Shown: one piece after another, positions 46,479 through 57,041 of the stretch
How the letters are laid out: the number at the start of each line of letters is the position of its first letter
How positions within the stretch are numbered: the stretch's first letter is position 1
From: Phycisphaeraceae bacterium
GTDB taxonomy: Bacteria > Planctomycetota > Phycisphaerae > Phycisphaerales > Phycisphaeraceae
Direction of reading: 5' to 3'
Assembly: GCA_028284155.1 (NCBI GenBank)
Contig: JANQSF010000079.1
Span: 55,684 to 119,683 of the forward strand
DNA: 64,000 nt
Made by a program: the position numbers and the translations under genes
The notes under the pieces: model-generated
The model's input: the letters and a program-made list of their open reading frames with translations, nothing else
Databases searched by the model: none
What the model was told of the DNA's origin: nothing

Positions 46479-47131
46479 GTCTCACCCGGCTCCATTTCTT
46501 TGACCTCGATACCCGTGGGCCTGAACCCGTCCGCGCTTTGGGCCAGCAACGGCCAGGTCTTGTAATGAACGGGGATCGCGACCTTGGGTTGGATCAGTTC
46601 AGCCGCTGTCGTGCCCAGGCGTGGCCCCATCGTGAAGCGGTCACCGATCGGCACGCATGCGATGTCCGGCCGATACAACTCGCCGATCAATTTCATGTCG
46701 CCGAACAGCGCCGTATCACCGCAGTGGTACAACGTCACACCGCCGAGGCTGAGCACGACGCCGCAGGGCATGCCCATGTACCGACCCTCGTACGAGTTAG
46801 AGTGAAACGCCTGCGTCAGTGCAATGAACCCGAAGTCGAAATCGACCTGCCCGCCCGGATTCATGGGCTCGGTCTTGACGCCCTGCTCGCCGAAGTATTC
46901 CGTCAACTCGAAGGCGCCGACGACCGTCGCGTCGTTCGCCTTCGCGATGGCGACGCTGTCGCCCAGGTGATCGGGATGGCCGTGCGTCAGGGCAATGGCC
47001 TGACAGCGGATGTCATCGGGCTTGTGCACCGCCACCGGGTTGCCGGTCAGAAACGGGTCGATCGCCACCGTGTGCGAGCCGTCGCTGACAAGGAGCCCCG
47101 CGTGGCCCAAAAAGGTGATTTCGGCAGCCAT
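46463..47131 (-). CDS. UPF0173-type metal-dependent hydrolase (metallo-beta-lactamase fold)
   Basis: ITFLGHAGLLV and LTHGHPDHLGD (HxHxDH). About 222 aa, typical of this family. Confidence 0.8.
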   Translation of the reverse strand: MAAEITFLGHAGLLVSDGSHTVAIDPFLTGNPVAVHKPDDIRCQAIALTHGHPDHLGDSVAIAKANDATVVGAFELTEYFGEQGVKTEPMNPGGQVDFDFGFIALTQAFHSNSYEGRYMGMPCGVVLSLGGVTLYHCGDTALFGDMKLIGELYRPDIACVPIGDRFTMGPRLGTTAAELIQPKVAIPVHYKTWPLLAQSADGFRPTGIEVKEMEPGETWQYG

Positions 47132-47352
47132 TTAGTCGTCACTCAAACGGGGTGAATTAACGTCACGAAGGCAGGCATCATGCAGCCGCACGCCCCTCGG
47201 TCGGCGGCATTGTACTGACTGGGGCTGGGGGACAGATCGTGGGACGTTTCCTACCAGCACGCCCGACGAACTGATTCGCGCAATCCTTTGTAAACAAATG
47301 AATTAAAGACGGCGATTTGACAAGACGCAACCAATCTGCGACAATCCGCGTC

Positions 47353-48828
47353 ATGCCAAGCGCGTCGAACAAAAAAGGTGGGTCGGGAAAGAAGGGCAAG
47401 GCAGCCAAATCGACCGCAGGCAAGGGCTCCAAAACCCGCAAGTCGGCTGGCAAGACCGCCGTGGCCGATGCCCCGGACGTGACCAACTACGCCTCCGCGA
47501 CGAAGTGGCTGCTGAGCCACACCGACTACGAGCGGATGCGGGTGGTAGCTTACAATACCCGAACATTCAGCCTCGATCGCATGCGTCGCCTGCTGGACGC
47601 ACTGGGCAACCCGCACGAGCAGATCCGTTGCGTGCAGGTGGCCGGCACCAAGGGCAAGGGCTCGACCTGCGCCATGCTGGCCGCCATGCTCAAGTCCTGC
47701 GGGTACACGGTCGGCCTGTTCTCCAGCCCGCACCTGGTCGACCTGCGTGAACGCATCACGATCGACGGCAACATGATCAGCCACGCCGACCTGACGGAGA
47801 TCTTTCGTCTCATCGCCGAGGCAGAACCGTCGATCGGCAAGAACCGCCCCAGTTTCTTCGAGGTGATGACAGCGGCCGCGCTTCGCTACTTCGCCGACGA
47901 AGCCGTGGACATCGCCGTGCTTGAGACCGGCCTCGGCGGCCGACTCGACGCGACCACGGCCGTCACGCCGATGATCACCGGCATGACGCACATCAGCCAC
48001 GACCACATGAACATCCTGGGCGAGGAGTTGGAGTCGATCGCGACGGAGAAGGCAGGCATCTTCAAACGTGACGTGCCCGCCATCAGCGTTGAGCAGGAAC
48101 CCGAGGTGGCCAAGGTGCTCGACGACGCGGCCGAGTCGGTCGGCACGACGTTGCAGTACACGGGCAAGGACATCGAGTTCAGCCACCGTTTCGAAGCCGA
48201 CCGCGAATTGGGCCCACACACGAGACTCAGCATCACCACGCCGTCGAGTCGTTGGGAACACCTGGCCGTGCCATTGCGAGGCGAGCACCAAGCGCACAAC
48301 TGCGCACTGGCCTTGTCGATGCTCGACCGGCTCAAGTCACTGGGTTTCGAGGCGCCGCAAGACAAGGTCATCGCCGGGCTGGACGCGACGCTGTTGCCCG
48401 GCCGAATGGAGCAAGTCTGGGACACGCCGCGCGTCGTCGTCGACGGCGCGCACAACGCGGCGTCGATCCAGGCGTTGATCCGCTCGCTTGGCGCGCACAT
48501 CACCTACGACTCGCTCGTGCTCGTCTTCGCCTGCGGCCAAGACAAAGACGTGACCGGCATGTTGAAACAAGTCGCACTCGGGGCGGACAAAGTCATCTTC
48601 ACCCGCTCGCGAGCCAACCCGCGCGCCGTCGAGCCGGACGACCTGCAAAGCCGGTTCGGCGACCTGACCAGCAAGATGTGCCAGGTCGCGCCCAACCTAG
48701 AAGAAGCGATCAAACTCGCCGGCCGCGCGGTGAGCCGCGAGGACATCATCGTCATTACCGGCAGCTTCTACCTCGTCGGTGAGGCGAGAAAGTACTTCCA
48801 GGACGCGGCGGCAAAGGCCGGCCGTTGA
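47353..48828 (+). CDS. folC: Folylpolyglutamate synthase / dihydrofolate synthase with Lys/Gly-rich N-terminal extension
   Basis: VAGTKGKGST P-loop of Mur-ligase-type enzymes, LETGLGGRLDATT, and DGAHN. N-terminus MPSASNKKGGSGKKGKAAKSTAGKGSKTRKSAGK. Confidence 0.88.
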   Translation: MPSASNKKGGSGKKGKAAKSTAGKGSKTRKSAGKTAVADAPDVTNYASATKWLLSHTDYERMRVVAYNTRTFSLDRMRRLLDALGNPHEQIRCVQVAGTKGKGSTCAMLAAMLKSCGYTVGLFSSPHLVDLRERITIDGNMISHADLTEIFRLIAEAEPSIGKNRPSFFEVMTAAALRYFADEAVDIAVLETGLGGRLDATTAVTPMITGMTHISHDHMNILGEELESIATEKAGIFKRDVPAISVEQEPEVAKVLDDAAESVGTTLQYTGKDIEFSHRFEADRELGPHTRLSITTPSSRWEHLAVPLRGEHQAHNCALALSMLDRLKSLGFEAPQDKVIAGLDATLLPGRMEQVWDTPRVVVDGAHNAASIQALIRSLGAHITYDSLVLVFACGQDKDVTGMLKQVALGADKVIFTRSRANPRAVEPDDLQSRFGDLTSKMCQVAPNLEEAIKLAGRAVSREDIIVITGSFYLVGEARKYFQDAAAKAGR

Positions 48829-48856
48829 GCCATGATCCCGAACCGGCGAGTCCGTC

Positions 48857-49057
48857 ATGCCCGACCTGCATATCGACGCCGACGGCCATCTCGCAAGCGA
48901 CCTGCGATGCGCCGGCTGCACTTACAACCTGCGCGGCAGGCCCGTCGAGGGTGAGTGCCCCGAGTGTGGACAACCCGTTTCCACGGCGATCACTTACGCC
49001 ATCGCCAGCGGGCGATTCGGCGTGGTTTCGTCGATCGCACCACCTGCCGCGGACTGA
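48857..49057 (+). CDS. Small zinc-ribbon protein (66 aa)
   Basis: RCAGCTYNLRGRPVEGECPECGQPV has two CxxC pairs. The ATG lies 29 nt after the folC stop. Confidence 0.45.
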   Translation: MPDLHIDADGHLASDLRCAGCTYNLRGRPVEGECPECGQPVSTAITYAIASGRFGVVSSIAPPAAD

Positions 49058-49102
49058 TCGCTGGCGGTCAGTGCGGAGCAAGCTCCGCGGCTAAACTTGG
49101 GC

Positions 49103-50131
49103 ATGCTCCGCATCGGCGACGTCCAACTCGAAAACCCGCTGCTGCTCGCACCGATCGCGGGCTACTGCGACTTACCGTTCAGGTTGATCGTGCGTTCGCT
49201 GCGCGGGCCGTCGGGTGGTGTCGGGCTGGCGTGCACCGACCTGCTTTGTCCGCAGGCTGTGTTGCGAGAGACCGATACGACCATGTGGCTCGCGGCGACG
49301 AACGACGACGACCGTCCGGTCTGCATGCAGCTCTACGGCCGACACCCCGATGTCATGGGCGCGGCCGCGCAGTGGGCCGAGGCGCACGGCGCGGTCACCA
49401 TCGACATCAACATGGGCTGCCCCGTCGACAAGGTGACCAAGAAGAACGGCGGGTCGAAACTGCTGACCGAGCCGTGCGTCGCGCTCGACGTCGCGCGGGC
49501 GTGCGTCGAAGCGGTCAACGTGCCCGTCACCGCCAAGATCCGACTCGGCTGGGACGACGACTCATACATCACGAAGACGCTGCCCGTCGCCCTGGCCGAC
49601 GTCGGCATCGCGGCCGTTACCGTGCACGGCCGAACGACCGAACAGAAGTTTCGTGACCACGTGCGACTGCCGGGCATCACCGAGGTAGTTGAGTCGGTCG
49701 GAAAACGTCACCCGAACGTGCCCGTGATCGGCAACGGCGATGTCAAATCGCCACACGACGCCAAACACATGATGGACGTCACCGGCTGCGCCGGCGTCAT
49801 GATTGGCCGAGGCGCCTTGGGTCAACCTTGGCTCTTCCGCGACGCGGCGCACTACTTGGCGACCGGCCAATTGCTCGATCCCCTACCACGCCTCGACCGC
49901 GCGCAGGTCGTGCTCGACCATTTCGAGACGATGCTACGCTTCCGAGACGAGCGCCGCGCGGTCAACATGATCCGCACGCGCATCAGTTGGTACTCGAAGT
50001 TCCTGCAACCCTGGCCCGGCCTGCGGCGCGAGGTGCACCACATCAAGTCAGCGAACGAGTTTCGCGACTACTGGTCGGCTGGGATGGAGCGGTTGGCAAG
50101 CGAGGAGCCCGCCGAGGCCTTGGTCGCTTGA
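49103..50131 (+). CDS. dusB: tRNA-dihydrouridine synthase
   Basis: LAPIAGYCDLPFR, DINMGCPVDKV, VTAKIRLGWD and VTVHGRT. The track start at 49097 is TTG; the ATG is at 49103. Confidence 0.88.
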   Translation: MLRIGDVQLENPLLLAPIAGYCDLPFRLIVRSLRGPSGGVGLACTDLLCPQAVLRETDTTMWLAATNDDDRPVCMQLYGRHPDVMGAAAQWAEAHGAVTIDINMGCPVDKVTKKNGGSKLLTEPCVALDVARACVEAVNVPVTAKIRLGWDDDSYITKTLPVALADVGIAAVTVHGRTTEQKFRDHVRLPGITEVVESVGKRHPNVPVIGNGDVKSPHDAKHMMDVTGCAGVMIGRGALGQPWLFRDAAHYLATGQLLDPLPRLDRAQVVLDHFETMLRFRDERRAVNMIRTRISWYSKFLQPWPGLRREVHHIKSANEFRDYWSAGMERLASEEPAEALVA

Positions 50132-50137
50132 CGTAAT

Positions 50138-51553
50138 TCAGAATTCCGCATGCCCCGGCGTCCGTGGGAACGGGATGACGTCCCGAATGTTCGCCATGCC
50201 CGTCGCGTAGAGGATGGTCCGCTCGAAACCGAGTCCGAACCCCGCGTGCGGGACAGTGCCATACCTCCGCAGGTCGCGGTACCACCAGTAGTCGTCCTGG
50301 TTCAGGTCCATCTCAGCCAAGCGAGCGTCGAGCACGTCGAAGCGTTCTTCGCGTTGCGACCCGCCGATGATCTCGCCGATGCCGGGGGCGAGCACGTCCA
50401 TGGCGGCGACAGTCTTGCCGTCGTCGTTCATGCGCATGTAGAACGCCTTGATGTCCTTGGGGTAGTCCATCACGACGATCGGTCTGCCGACGTGTGTTTC
50501 GGTCAGCCAGCGTTCGTGCTCGCTCTGCAGGTCAACGCCCCACTGGACAGGGAACTCGAACTTATGACCCTTGGCGGCCGCGCCTTCGAGCGCCGCAATC
50601 GCGTCGGTGTAGGTCATGCGCTCGAAGCTGGCGTCGACGAACGACTCTAATCGGGTGATGCATTCCTTGTCGATGCGCTGCGCAAAGAACGCCATGTCGT
50701 CGCCGCGCTCGTCGAGCACGGCCTTAAAGATGTACTTGAGGAAGTCTTCGGCCAAGTCGGCGTCGGCCGCGAGGTCGGCGAACGCGATCTCCGGCTCGAT
50801 CATCCAGAACTCAGCCAGGTGTCGGCTGGTGTTGCTGTTTTCCGCTCGAAAGGTCGGCCCGAAGGTGTATACCTTGCTCAGCGCCATGCAGTACGTCTCG
50901 ACGCTGAGTTGCCCGGAGACGGTCAGGTGCGCCTCCCGTCTGAAGAAGTCGCCGGCAAAGTCGGTCTTGCCGTCGGCCGTGGGCACGTCGCGCAGGTTGG
51001 CCAAGTCGAGCGTTGACACGCGGAACATCTCGCCCGCCCCTTCGCAGTCGTTGGCCGTGATGATCGGCGTGTGCACCCAGTAGAAGCCGTGCTCGTGGAA
51101 GTAGCGGTGCACGGCCATGCTCAACGCGTGACGGACGCGCGCCACCGCACCGAACGTGTTCGTCCTCGGCCGAAGGTGCGCGACCTCGCGCAGGTACTCG
51201 AACGTGTGCCGTTTCGCCGCGACGGGGTACGTGTCCGGGTCGTCAACCCAGCCGACCACCTCGACACTGTCCGCCTTGATCTCGACGTTCTGCCCCTTGC
51301 CCTGCGACTCGACCAGTTCACCCGACACGACAGCCGAACAGCCCGTCGTGATCCGAAGGACGTCGCTTTCGTAGTTATCCAGTTCATTGGGCACGACGGC
51401 TTGCACGTTGTCGAAACACGACCCGTCGTTGATCTGCAAGAACGACAAGCCGGCCTTCGAGTCACGCCGCGTACGCACCCAGCCGCGCACGGTCACACGG
51501 GAACCCACGGAAGCTCGGCCGGCCAACACATCACCAACGGAAACGGTCTGCAT
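50138..51553 (-). CDS. asnS: Asparagine--tRNA ligase
   Basis: N-terminal OB domain ([26 protein letters not shown]). Class II motifs [21 protein letters not shown] and [12 protein letters not shown] at 51553. Confidence 0.92.
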   Translation of the reverse strand: MQTVSVGDVLAGRASVGSRVTVRGWVRTRRDSKAGLSFLQINDGSCFDNVQAVVPNELDNYESDVLRITTGCSAVVSGELVESQGKGQNVEIKADSVEVVGWVDDPDTYPVAAKRHTFEYLREVAHLRPRTNTFGAVARVRHALSMAVHRYFHEHGFYWVHTPIITANDCEGAGEMFRVSTLDLANLRDVPTADGKTDFAGDFFRREAHLTVSGQLSVETYCMALSKVYTFGPTFRAENSNTSRHLAEFWMIEPEIAFADLAADADLAEDFLKYIFKAVLDERGDDMAFFAQRIDKECITRLESFVDASFERMTYTDAIAALEGAAAKGHKFEFPVQWGVDLQSEHERWLTETHVGRPIVVMDYPKDIKAFYMRMNDDGKTVAAMDVLAPGIGEIIGGSQREERFDVLDARLAEMDLNQDDYWWYRDLRRYGTVPHAGFGLGFERTILYATGMANIRDVIPFPRTPGHAEF

Positions 51554-51725
51554 CACATGTGTCCTGATCGGGATTGACCCGCACAGTGTAGACCGTCTGA
51601 CTGAACTGTTGTGACCGCGGTGTCTGCCTGCAAGACGGCCTGCGACGTGCCGTCGTTTGCCGTACAATCCGCCCCGCTCGATCCAACGTCGATCGACCTG
51701 ATCCTCCTGGCCTGTCGCTCGCCCC

Positions 51726-52502
51726 ATGGAAGTTCTGATCTACGACAACTACGACGCGATGTGCGCCGCCGCCGCGGCCGCGGTCGTCGAAACGCTCAAC
51801 GCCAAACCGAACGCCGTGCTCGGCATGGCGACCGGCTCGACGCCGCTGGGCGTGTACCGCGAACTCGTCCGCCTGCACCGCGAGGAAGGCCTCGACTTTT
51901 CGCAGGTTACGACTTTCAACCTCGACGAGTATGTCGGCCTCGGCCCGAACCATCCGCAGAGCTACCACCGTTTCATGCGGGAACACTTTTTCGACCACGT
52001 CAACATCCCGCCGCAGAATGTCTACATCCCACACGGCACGACCAGCAACGCGCCGGCCTTCTGTGACTGGTACGAGCAGCGTATCAAGGACTGCGGCGGC
52101 ATCGACCTGCAGATCCTGGGCATCGGGACGGACGGGCATATCGCGTTCAACGAACCGACCTCGTCGCTCGGGTCGCGGACGCGCATCAAGACGCTTGCGA
52201 AACAGACGATCGACGACAACGCCCGATTCTTTGACAACCGCGACGACGTACCGAAGTATGCGATCACGATGGGTGTCGGAACGATTCTCGAAGCGCGACA
52301 GATCGCGCTGCTGGCGGACGGCTCCAAGAAGGCGGCGGCCATTGCATCGGCCGTGGAGGGGCCCATTACGAGCATGATCACAGCCAGCGCCCTGCAGTGG
52401 CACGCCAACACGCAGGTGTACGTCGACACCGCCGCGGCCGGCGCACTGACCATGACCGACTACTACCGGTGGATTCAGGATCACAAACCGGGCGCGCCGT
52501 AA
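51726..52502 (+). CDS. nagB: Glucosamine-6-phosphate deaminase
   Basis: [26 protein letters not shown] and [13 protein letters not shown] are canonical NagB motifs. Confidence 0.92.
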   Translation: MEVLIYDNYDAMCAAAAAAVVETLNAKPNAVLGMATGSTPLGVYRELVRLHREEGLDFSQVTTFNLDEYVGLGPNHPQSYHRFMREHFFDHVNIPPQNVYIPHGTTSNAPAFCDWYEQRIKDCGGIDLQILGIGTDGHIAFNEPTSSLGSRTRIKTLAKQTIDDNARFFDNRDDVPKYAITMGVGTILEARQIALLADGSKKAAAIASAVEGPITSMITASALQWHANTQVYVDTAAAGALTMTDYYRWIQDHKPGAP

Positions 52503-52556
52503 AACCGTTTCGTTCGACAACCGCCACGGTAGCGACCCACCGGGGAGCCTCTGCCG

Positions 52557-55169
52557 ATGGACGCCCGGCCAAGCGATGTCCAACAAACCGAGCAGGACAA
52601 GCCGCGGCAACTGGGCCCCGTCGTCGCGGTGCTCATCGCGTGGATACTCGGCATCCTGCTGGGCAACGCGTTCGGCGGCGTCTCCTTCTGGCTGCTCGCA
52701 GGCGCGTCGAGCCTGGCACTCGGTTTGATGGTTTATTGGCGGCTTCGACATGTGCCGCACGTCGCGCGTTTCGCCATCCGTTTCTTCGCCATGATCGCCG
52801 CTGGATGTGCCGCAGCGGCGTGGCACAATGTGCGCGTCGAACGCATCGCCGACGACCACATCGCACATTACCTCGACGAGACGTCCCAACTGGCGCTCGT
52901 GACGGGCGTCGTCGATTCGCGTGTCAACCTGAACCCGCCGCAACGCGGCGCGTTTGCGTCGTTCACCTACCAATCGCCCGTCACCATGTTCGCGCTGCGG
53001 GTCGACTCGATCGTCGTCGACGGTCGCCCCGTATCGACGCGCGGGCGGCTGTTCGTCAAGGTCGAGCAGGCTGACCATCGGTTGCGCGAAGGCATGTACA
53101 TCGAGGCGGTGGGTTGGCTCGCGGCGATCGGCGGGCCGAACAACCCCGGCGAACTCGACTACCGGAGGATCATGGCCGACCGGGACATCGACGGCAGACT
53201 GACGCTACGCCGCCGCGGCAACTGGCGGGTGATCGAAGGCGAGCGGAGCCGATCCTTAACCTCCACGCTCGCGTCGTGGCGTCGCGCGTTACGCGACGAG
53301 GCGGCGGCGGCGCTCCACGCGGGCCTGCCGCCGGGTGAAGAACGCCGCGCGTTTCTCGACGCCCTGCTGATTGGCAGGCGCTCCGGCGACGCGGGCGAAT
53401 TGAGCGATGCTTTCCGCCGCGTCGGCTTGGCGCACCTGCTGTCGATCAGTGGCGCGCACCTGGCGATCCTGCTCGGCCTGACCTGGCTGGTCGTCAAGCT
53501 GTTCGTGCCGAACCCGCGCCGGTCGGCGGTCGTGGTCGGCGTTGTCCTGGTGTTCTACCTGTGCATCGTCCCGGTGCGTGTGCCGATCCTCCGCGCGGCG
53601 ATCATGGCCGGCCTGTTCTGCGCCGCTTACGGCTCAGGCCGACTGGTCAGCGGCACGAGGTTAATCGCGCTGGCGGCGTTGATCGTCTTGATCTGGCGGC
53701 CGGGCGACTTATTTACGGCCGGCTTTCAACTCAGCTTCGGCGTCGTCGCCGCCCTGCTCGCGTTCGCCGACCCGCTGAGCAAGCGGCTTTCGCCCGAGCC
53801 GGAGGTGCGCGTCCATGGCGACCGCACTGCCCACACGGTCGCGCGATTCATCGTCGGCTATTTCGCGGCCAACATCGTCGCGTTCCTGGTGGCCTGGCCG
53901 ATCGTCGCGTACCACTTTCAACTGATTAGCCCGTTGACCGTCGTGCTGTCGCTCATGGCGTTGCCGGTCGTCACCGTCGTGCTCGGGTTCGGCTACCTCA
54001 AGGTGATCGTCGGCATGGCCCTGCCGACGGTCGGCAAGCTGTTGGCCGGCCCTCTCAGTTGGTCAGCCGACGCCATGACGGGGCTGGTCGAACACGCCGC
54101 GACGTGGCCCGGCGCGGCCGTCGAACTCAACCGTACCCCTTCGTTGGTCTGGCTATTGGCCACGCTCGGCGTGACCCTTGCCTGGTTCACCGGCGCGCTG
54201 CGCGGACGTCGTGTCACGTTGATCTGCGCTCTGCTGGCTTGCGTGGCCTGGCTCTTCGTGTCCGACCGCGGGCTCTGGTTCCGCACATCGTCCAACGCCG
54301 CCAATCCGCCAGGCGATCGCGCCGCATTGCGTATCAACATGTTCGCCGTCGGTGACGGCTCCTGCTATCTCGTCCGCGTCGATGACGCTCAACGATCCGG
54401 GATCGGGACGGGCCAAGCCGCTCGCACACTGATGTTCGACTGCGGATCACAGGCGTTCTACGACGTCGGCCGACGCAGCGTCGCGCCCGCGTTGCGACAC
54501 ATGGGCGTGTCGCACCTCGACATACTGGTTCTGTCGCACGCCGATCTCGACCACTTCGGCGGTGTGCTCGACGTACTCGACGCCGTGTCCGTCGGCCAGG
54601 TGTACGCGCCACCGCAACTGATCGCAGAGGCGAACGACAGACCCGACGGGACCGCGGCATTTCTCGTTGACCGTTTGCGTGAGCGCCGCGTTGTCATCAA
54701 GCCCATGACGCGCGGCTGGCAAGCCGACTTGGGCTACGCCCAACTAAGCACGCTCTGGCCGCCGGCCGACCTCGAACCCAAGCGTGCGAACGACTCCTCA
54801 ATAGTCCTCTCCATCCGTACGTCGAACCGCCGGCTGTTACTGAATGGCGACATCCAGCAGGACGCGATCGAGTCACTGCTTGAACTCGAAGTCGACTTGA
54901 AGGCCGACGTAACCGACCTGCCGCACCACGGGAGTTTCGTCGATGCGTCACTCCAGTGGTTCAAGAGTGTCCAACCGCAGGTCGCATTGCAATCATCGGG
55001 ACCGACCCGGCTTTATAACGACCGTTGGCGCGACGCGTTTGAAGACGCTGACGCGACACGGCTCATCACTGCACGCCACGGCATGGTCGAGGTTCGGATC
55101 AGCCACGACGGCACCATATCCTGGTCGACATTTCGCCCTCGGCCAGGGACGATTCATGCCGATCCGTGA
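52557..55169 (+). CDS. comEC: DNA internalisation-related competence protein ComEC/Rec2 with metallo-beta-lactamase domain
   Basis: Multi-TM core (GLAHLLSISGAHLAIL). C-terminal LVLSHADLDHFGG and DLPHHGS beta-lactamase-fold motifs. 870 aa. Confidence 0.88.
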   Translation: MDARPSDVQQTEQDKPRQLGPVVAVLIAWILGILLGNAFGGVSFWLLAGASSLALGLMVYWRLRHVPHVARFAIRFFAMIAAGCAAAAWHNVRVERIADDHIAHYLDETSQLALVTGVVDSRVNLNPPQRGAFASFTYQSPVTMFALRVDSIVVDGRPVSTRGRLFVKVEQADHRLREGMYIEAVGWLAAIGGPNNPGELDYRRIMADRDIDGRLTLRRRGNWRVIEGERSRSLTSTLASWRRALRDEAAAALHAGLPPGEERRAFLDALLIGRRSGDAGELSDAFRRVGLAHLLSISGAHLAILLGLTWLVVKLFVPNPRRSAVVVGVVLVFYLCIVPVRVPILRAAIMAGLFCAAYGSGRLVSGTRLIALAALIVLIWRPGDLFTAGFQLSFGVVAALLAFADPLSKRLSPEPEVRVHGDRTAHTVARFIVGYFAANIVAFLVAWPIVAYHFQLISPLTVVLSLMALPVVTVVLGFGYLKVIVGMALPTVGKLLAGPLSWSADAMTGLVEHAATWPGAAVELNRTPSLVWLLATLGVTLAWFTGALRGRRVTLICALLACVAWLFVSDRGLWFRTSSNAANPPGDRAALRINMFAVGDGSCYLVRVDDAQRSGIGTGQAARTLMFDCGSQAFYDVGRRSVAPALRHMGVSHLDILVLSHADLDHFGGVLDVLDAVSVGQVYAPPQLIAEANDRPDGTAAFLVDRLRERRVVIKPMTRGWQADLGYAQLSTLWPPADLEPKRANDSSIVLSIRTSNRRLLLNGDIQQDAIESLLELEVDLKADVTDLPHHGSFVDASLQWFKSVQPQVALQSSGPTRLYNDRWRDAFEDADATRLITARHGMVEVRISHDGTISWSTFRPRPGTIHADP

Positions 55170-55317
55170 GGTGCGTACTCGATACCTCTCAGGTAAGGGC
55201 GTGGCAAGGTGATAACATCATTCGAGGCGACGACGCTCGGGCTCCACGCTGGCGGCGGGGTCGCAGATCATGCACGACACAGCCGTTCATCATCTGTCGA
55301 GCAATGAAAGGTTATTA

Positions 55318-57009
55318 ATGCGTCGAATGATGCCCCTCCTCGCGTTGTCGCTCCTCACATTCACCGACGCAGGTTCGGCGTGGGGCGCGGAACCCGCTGA
55401 CAACGCGCGCAAGAAGATCGTCCTGATTGCCGGCAAAAAGAGTCATGGCCCAGAGGGCAACCGCATCCACGACTACCCCTGGTCGGTTCGTCTGCTGAAG
55501 GTCATGCTCGACAACTCGAACATCGCCGACCGGGTGCGGGTCGAGATGCACTTCGACGGTTGGCCGGAGGATCAGTCCACGCTTGAGGACGCGGACACGA
55601 TCATGATCGTGTCGGACGGTCGCGACGGCGACAGGTTTTCGCCCGCGCCGCACCAGGCTAGCGACGACCGCATCGCATTCGTTGAGAAGCAGATGAAGCG
55701 GGGATGCGGCATCATCACGTTTCACTTCTCGACGTTTGCGCCGGACAAGTACGGCCAGAAGATGCTCGCGTGGGGCGGCGGCTACTTCGACTGGGAGGAG
55801 AACGGCAAGCGCAAGTGGTACTCAGCCATCCGCCACATGGGCGGCGACACCCAGGTCGAATTGCCGAACGCCGCGCACTCCGTCTGTCGCGGCATCAAGC
55901 CGTTCATGATGAAGGAAGAGTATTACTACAACATCCGCTTCGAGCCGAACGACCCAGGTCTGACGCACGTGTTGCGCGTCCCGTCGCTGGGCGGGCGCGC
56001 CCGCGACGGCAACGTCGTGGCGTGGGCGAAGCAGCGTGGCGAGGCGTTTAAGAACGGCCGGGGTTTCGGCACGACCTGCGGCCACTTCTACGACAACTGG
56101 AAGAACGACGCGTTCCGCAAACTCATCCTCAACGCAATCGCGTGGACGGCGCATATCGACCTGCCGGCCGGCGGTGTCGAGGCGAGCTATTACGAACACG
56201 ACCAGATCAAGCAAGCCCTGACCGGCGTGCAGGGCACGCAACCGGCGAGTATCGAGCCACCCATCAAGGCGTTGATCCTCACCGGCCACGACGGGCCCTT
56301 CCACCCCTGGCGGAAGAAAACGCCCGTCCTGCAGCGCGCGCTGGAGCAGGACGCGCGGTTTGACGTCTCTGTCACCACAAACATCGAAGACCTGGCGAAG
56401 ATCAAGCCCGGCGATTACGACGTGCTGCTGTTGAACTACTGCAACTGGGAACGGCCCGGCGGGCTGAGCGACGCGGCGAAACAGGCGTTCGTCGCATACC
56501 TCAAGGCCGGCGGCGGCTTGACGATCGTGCACTTTTCAAACGGCGCCTGGCATCGCTCGCTGCCCAAGGCCGAGGCGTCGGACTGGCCCGAGTTCCGCAA
56601 GATCTGCCGACGCGTCTGGAACCACAAGTCGAACAGCGCGCACGACCGATACCGCAAGTTCACCGTGGAAGTGACGAAGGTCGAACATGAGATCACGCGC
56701 GGCATGGCCGCGTGGGACACAACCGACGAGCTTTACTTCAACCAGGCCGGCGACGAGCCGATCGTCCCGCTGGTCAGCGCCGTTTCGGAAAAGACGAAGA
56801 AGTCGGAGCCGCTGGCGTGGGCGTACACGTACGGCAAGGGCCGCGTGTTCCAGACGCTGCTCGGCCACGACGACCGCTCACTGATGTGGGGCGGCACGGC
56901 ACAGTTGATCCGACGCGGCACGGTGTGGGCGGCGCACCGTCGCCAGCGCGCGATCGGCCGACACGACATCAGCCAGGCCAAACCGATCGACGCTTCGACA
57001 GGCGATTGA
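55318..57009 (+). CDS. Secreted protein with two ThuA-like (class I glutamine-amidotransferase-like) domains
   Basis: Signal peptide MRRMMPLLALSLLTF. The second domain IKALILTGHDGPFHPW...LLLNYCNW...GGGLTIVHFSNGAW...GRVFQTLLGHD is typical ThuA. The first domain is more distant. Confidence 0.75.
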   Translation: MRRMMPLLALSLLTFTDAGSAWGAEPADNARKKIVLIAGKKSHGPEGNRIHDYPWSVRLLKVMLDNSNIADRVRVEMHFDGWPEDQSTLEDADTIMIVSDGRDGDRFSPAPHQASDDRIAFVEKQMKRGCGIITFHFSTFAPDKYGQKMLAWGGGYFDWEENGKRKWYSAIRHMGGDTQVELPNAAHSVCRGIKPFMMKEEYYYNIRFEPNDPGLTHVLRVPSLGGRARDGNVVAWAKQRGEAFKNGRGFGTTCGHFYDNWKNDAFRKLILNAIAWTAHIDLPAGGVEASYYEHDQIKQALTGVQGTQPASIEPPIKALILTGHDGPFHPWRKKTPVLQRALEQDARFDVSVTTNIEDLAKIKPGDYDVLLLNYCNWERPGGLSDAAKQAFVAYLKAGGGLTIVHFSNGAWHRSLPKAEASDWPEFRKICRRVWNHKSNSAHDRYRKFTVEVTKVEHEITRGMAAWDTTDELYFNQAGDEPIVPLVSAVSEKTKKSEPLAWAYTYGKGRVFQTLLGHDDRSLMWGGTAQLIRRGTVWAAHRRQRAIGRHDISQAKPIDASTGD

Positions 57010-57041
57010 CGTGCTGACGACCGCAGCCCTGGTTGTGTTTG

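Noticed and set aside
47251-48297. 348-aa minus-strand ORF antisense to folC. Similar cases: 43867-44913(+) against actP, 6287-7099(+) against flgL, 35649-36470(-) against the TPR gene, 37217-38109(-) against mutL, 63076-63921(-) against the DUF1592-type gene.
   Set aside because: All are antisense to motif-supported genes and show the R/P/A/V-rich bias of non-coding frames in GC-rich DNA.
51531-53078. 515-aa minus-strand ORF covering nagB and the 5' part of comEC
   Set aside because: nagB and comEC on the plus strand have canonical motifs. The minus-frame product is R/D/V-rich junk.
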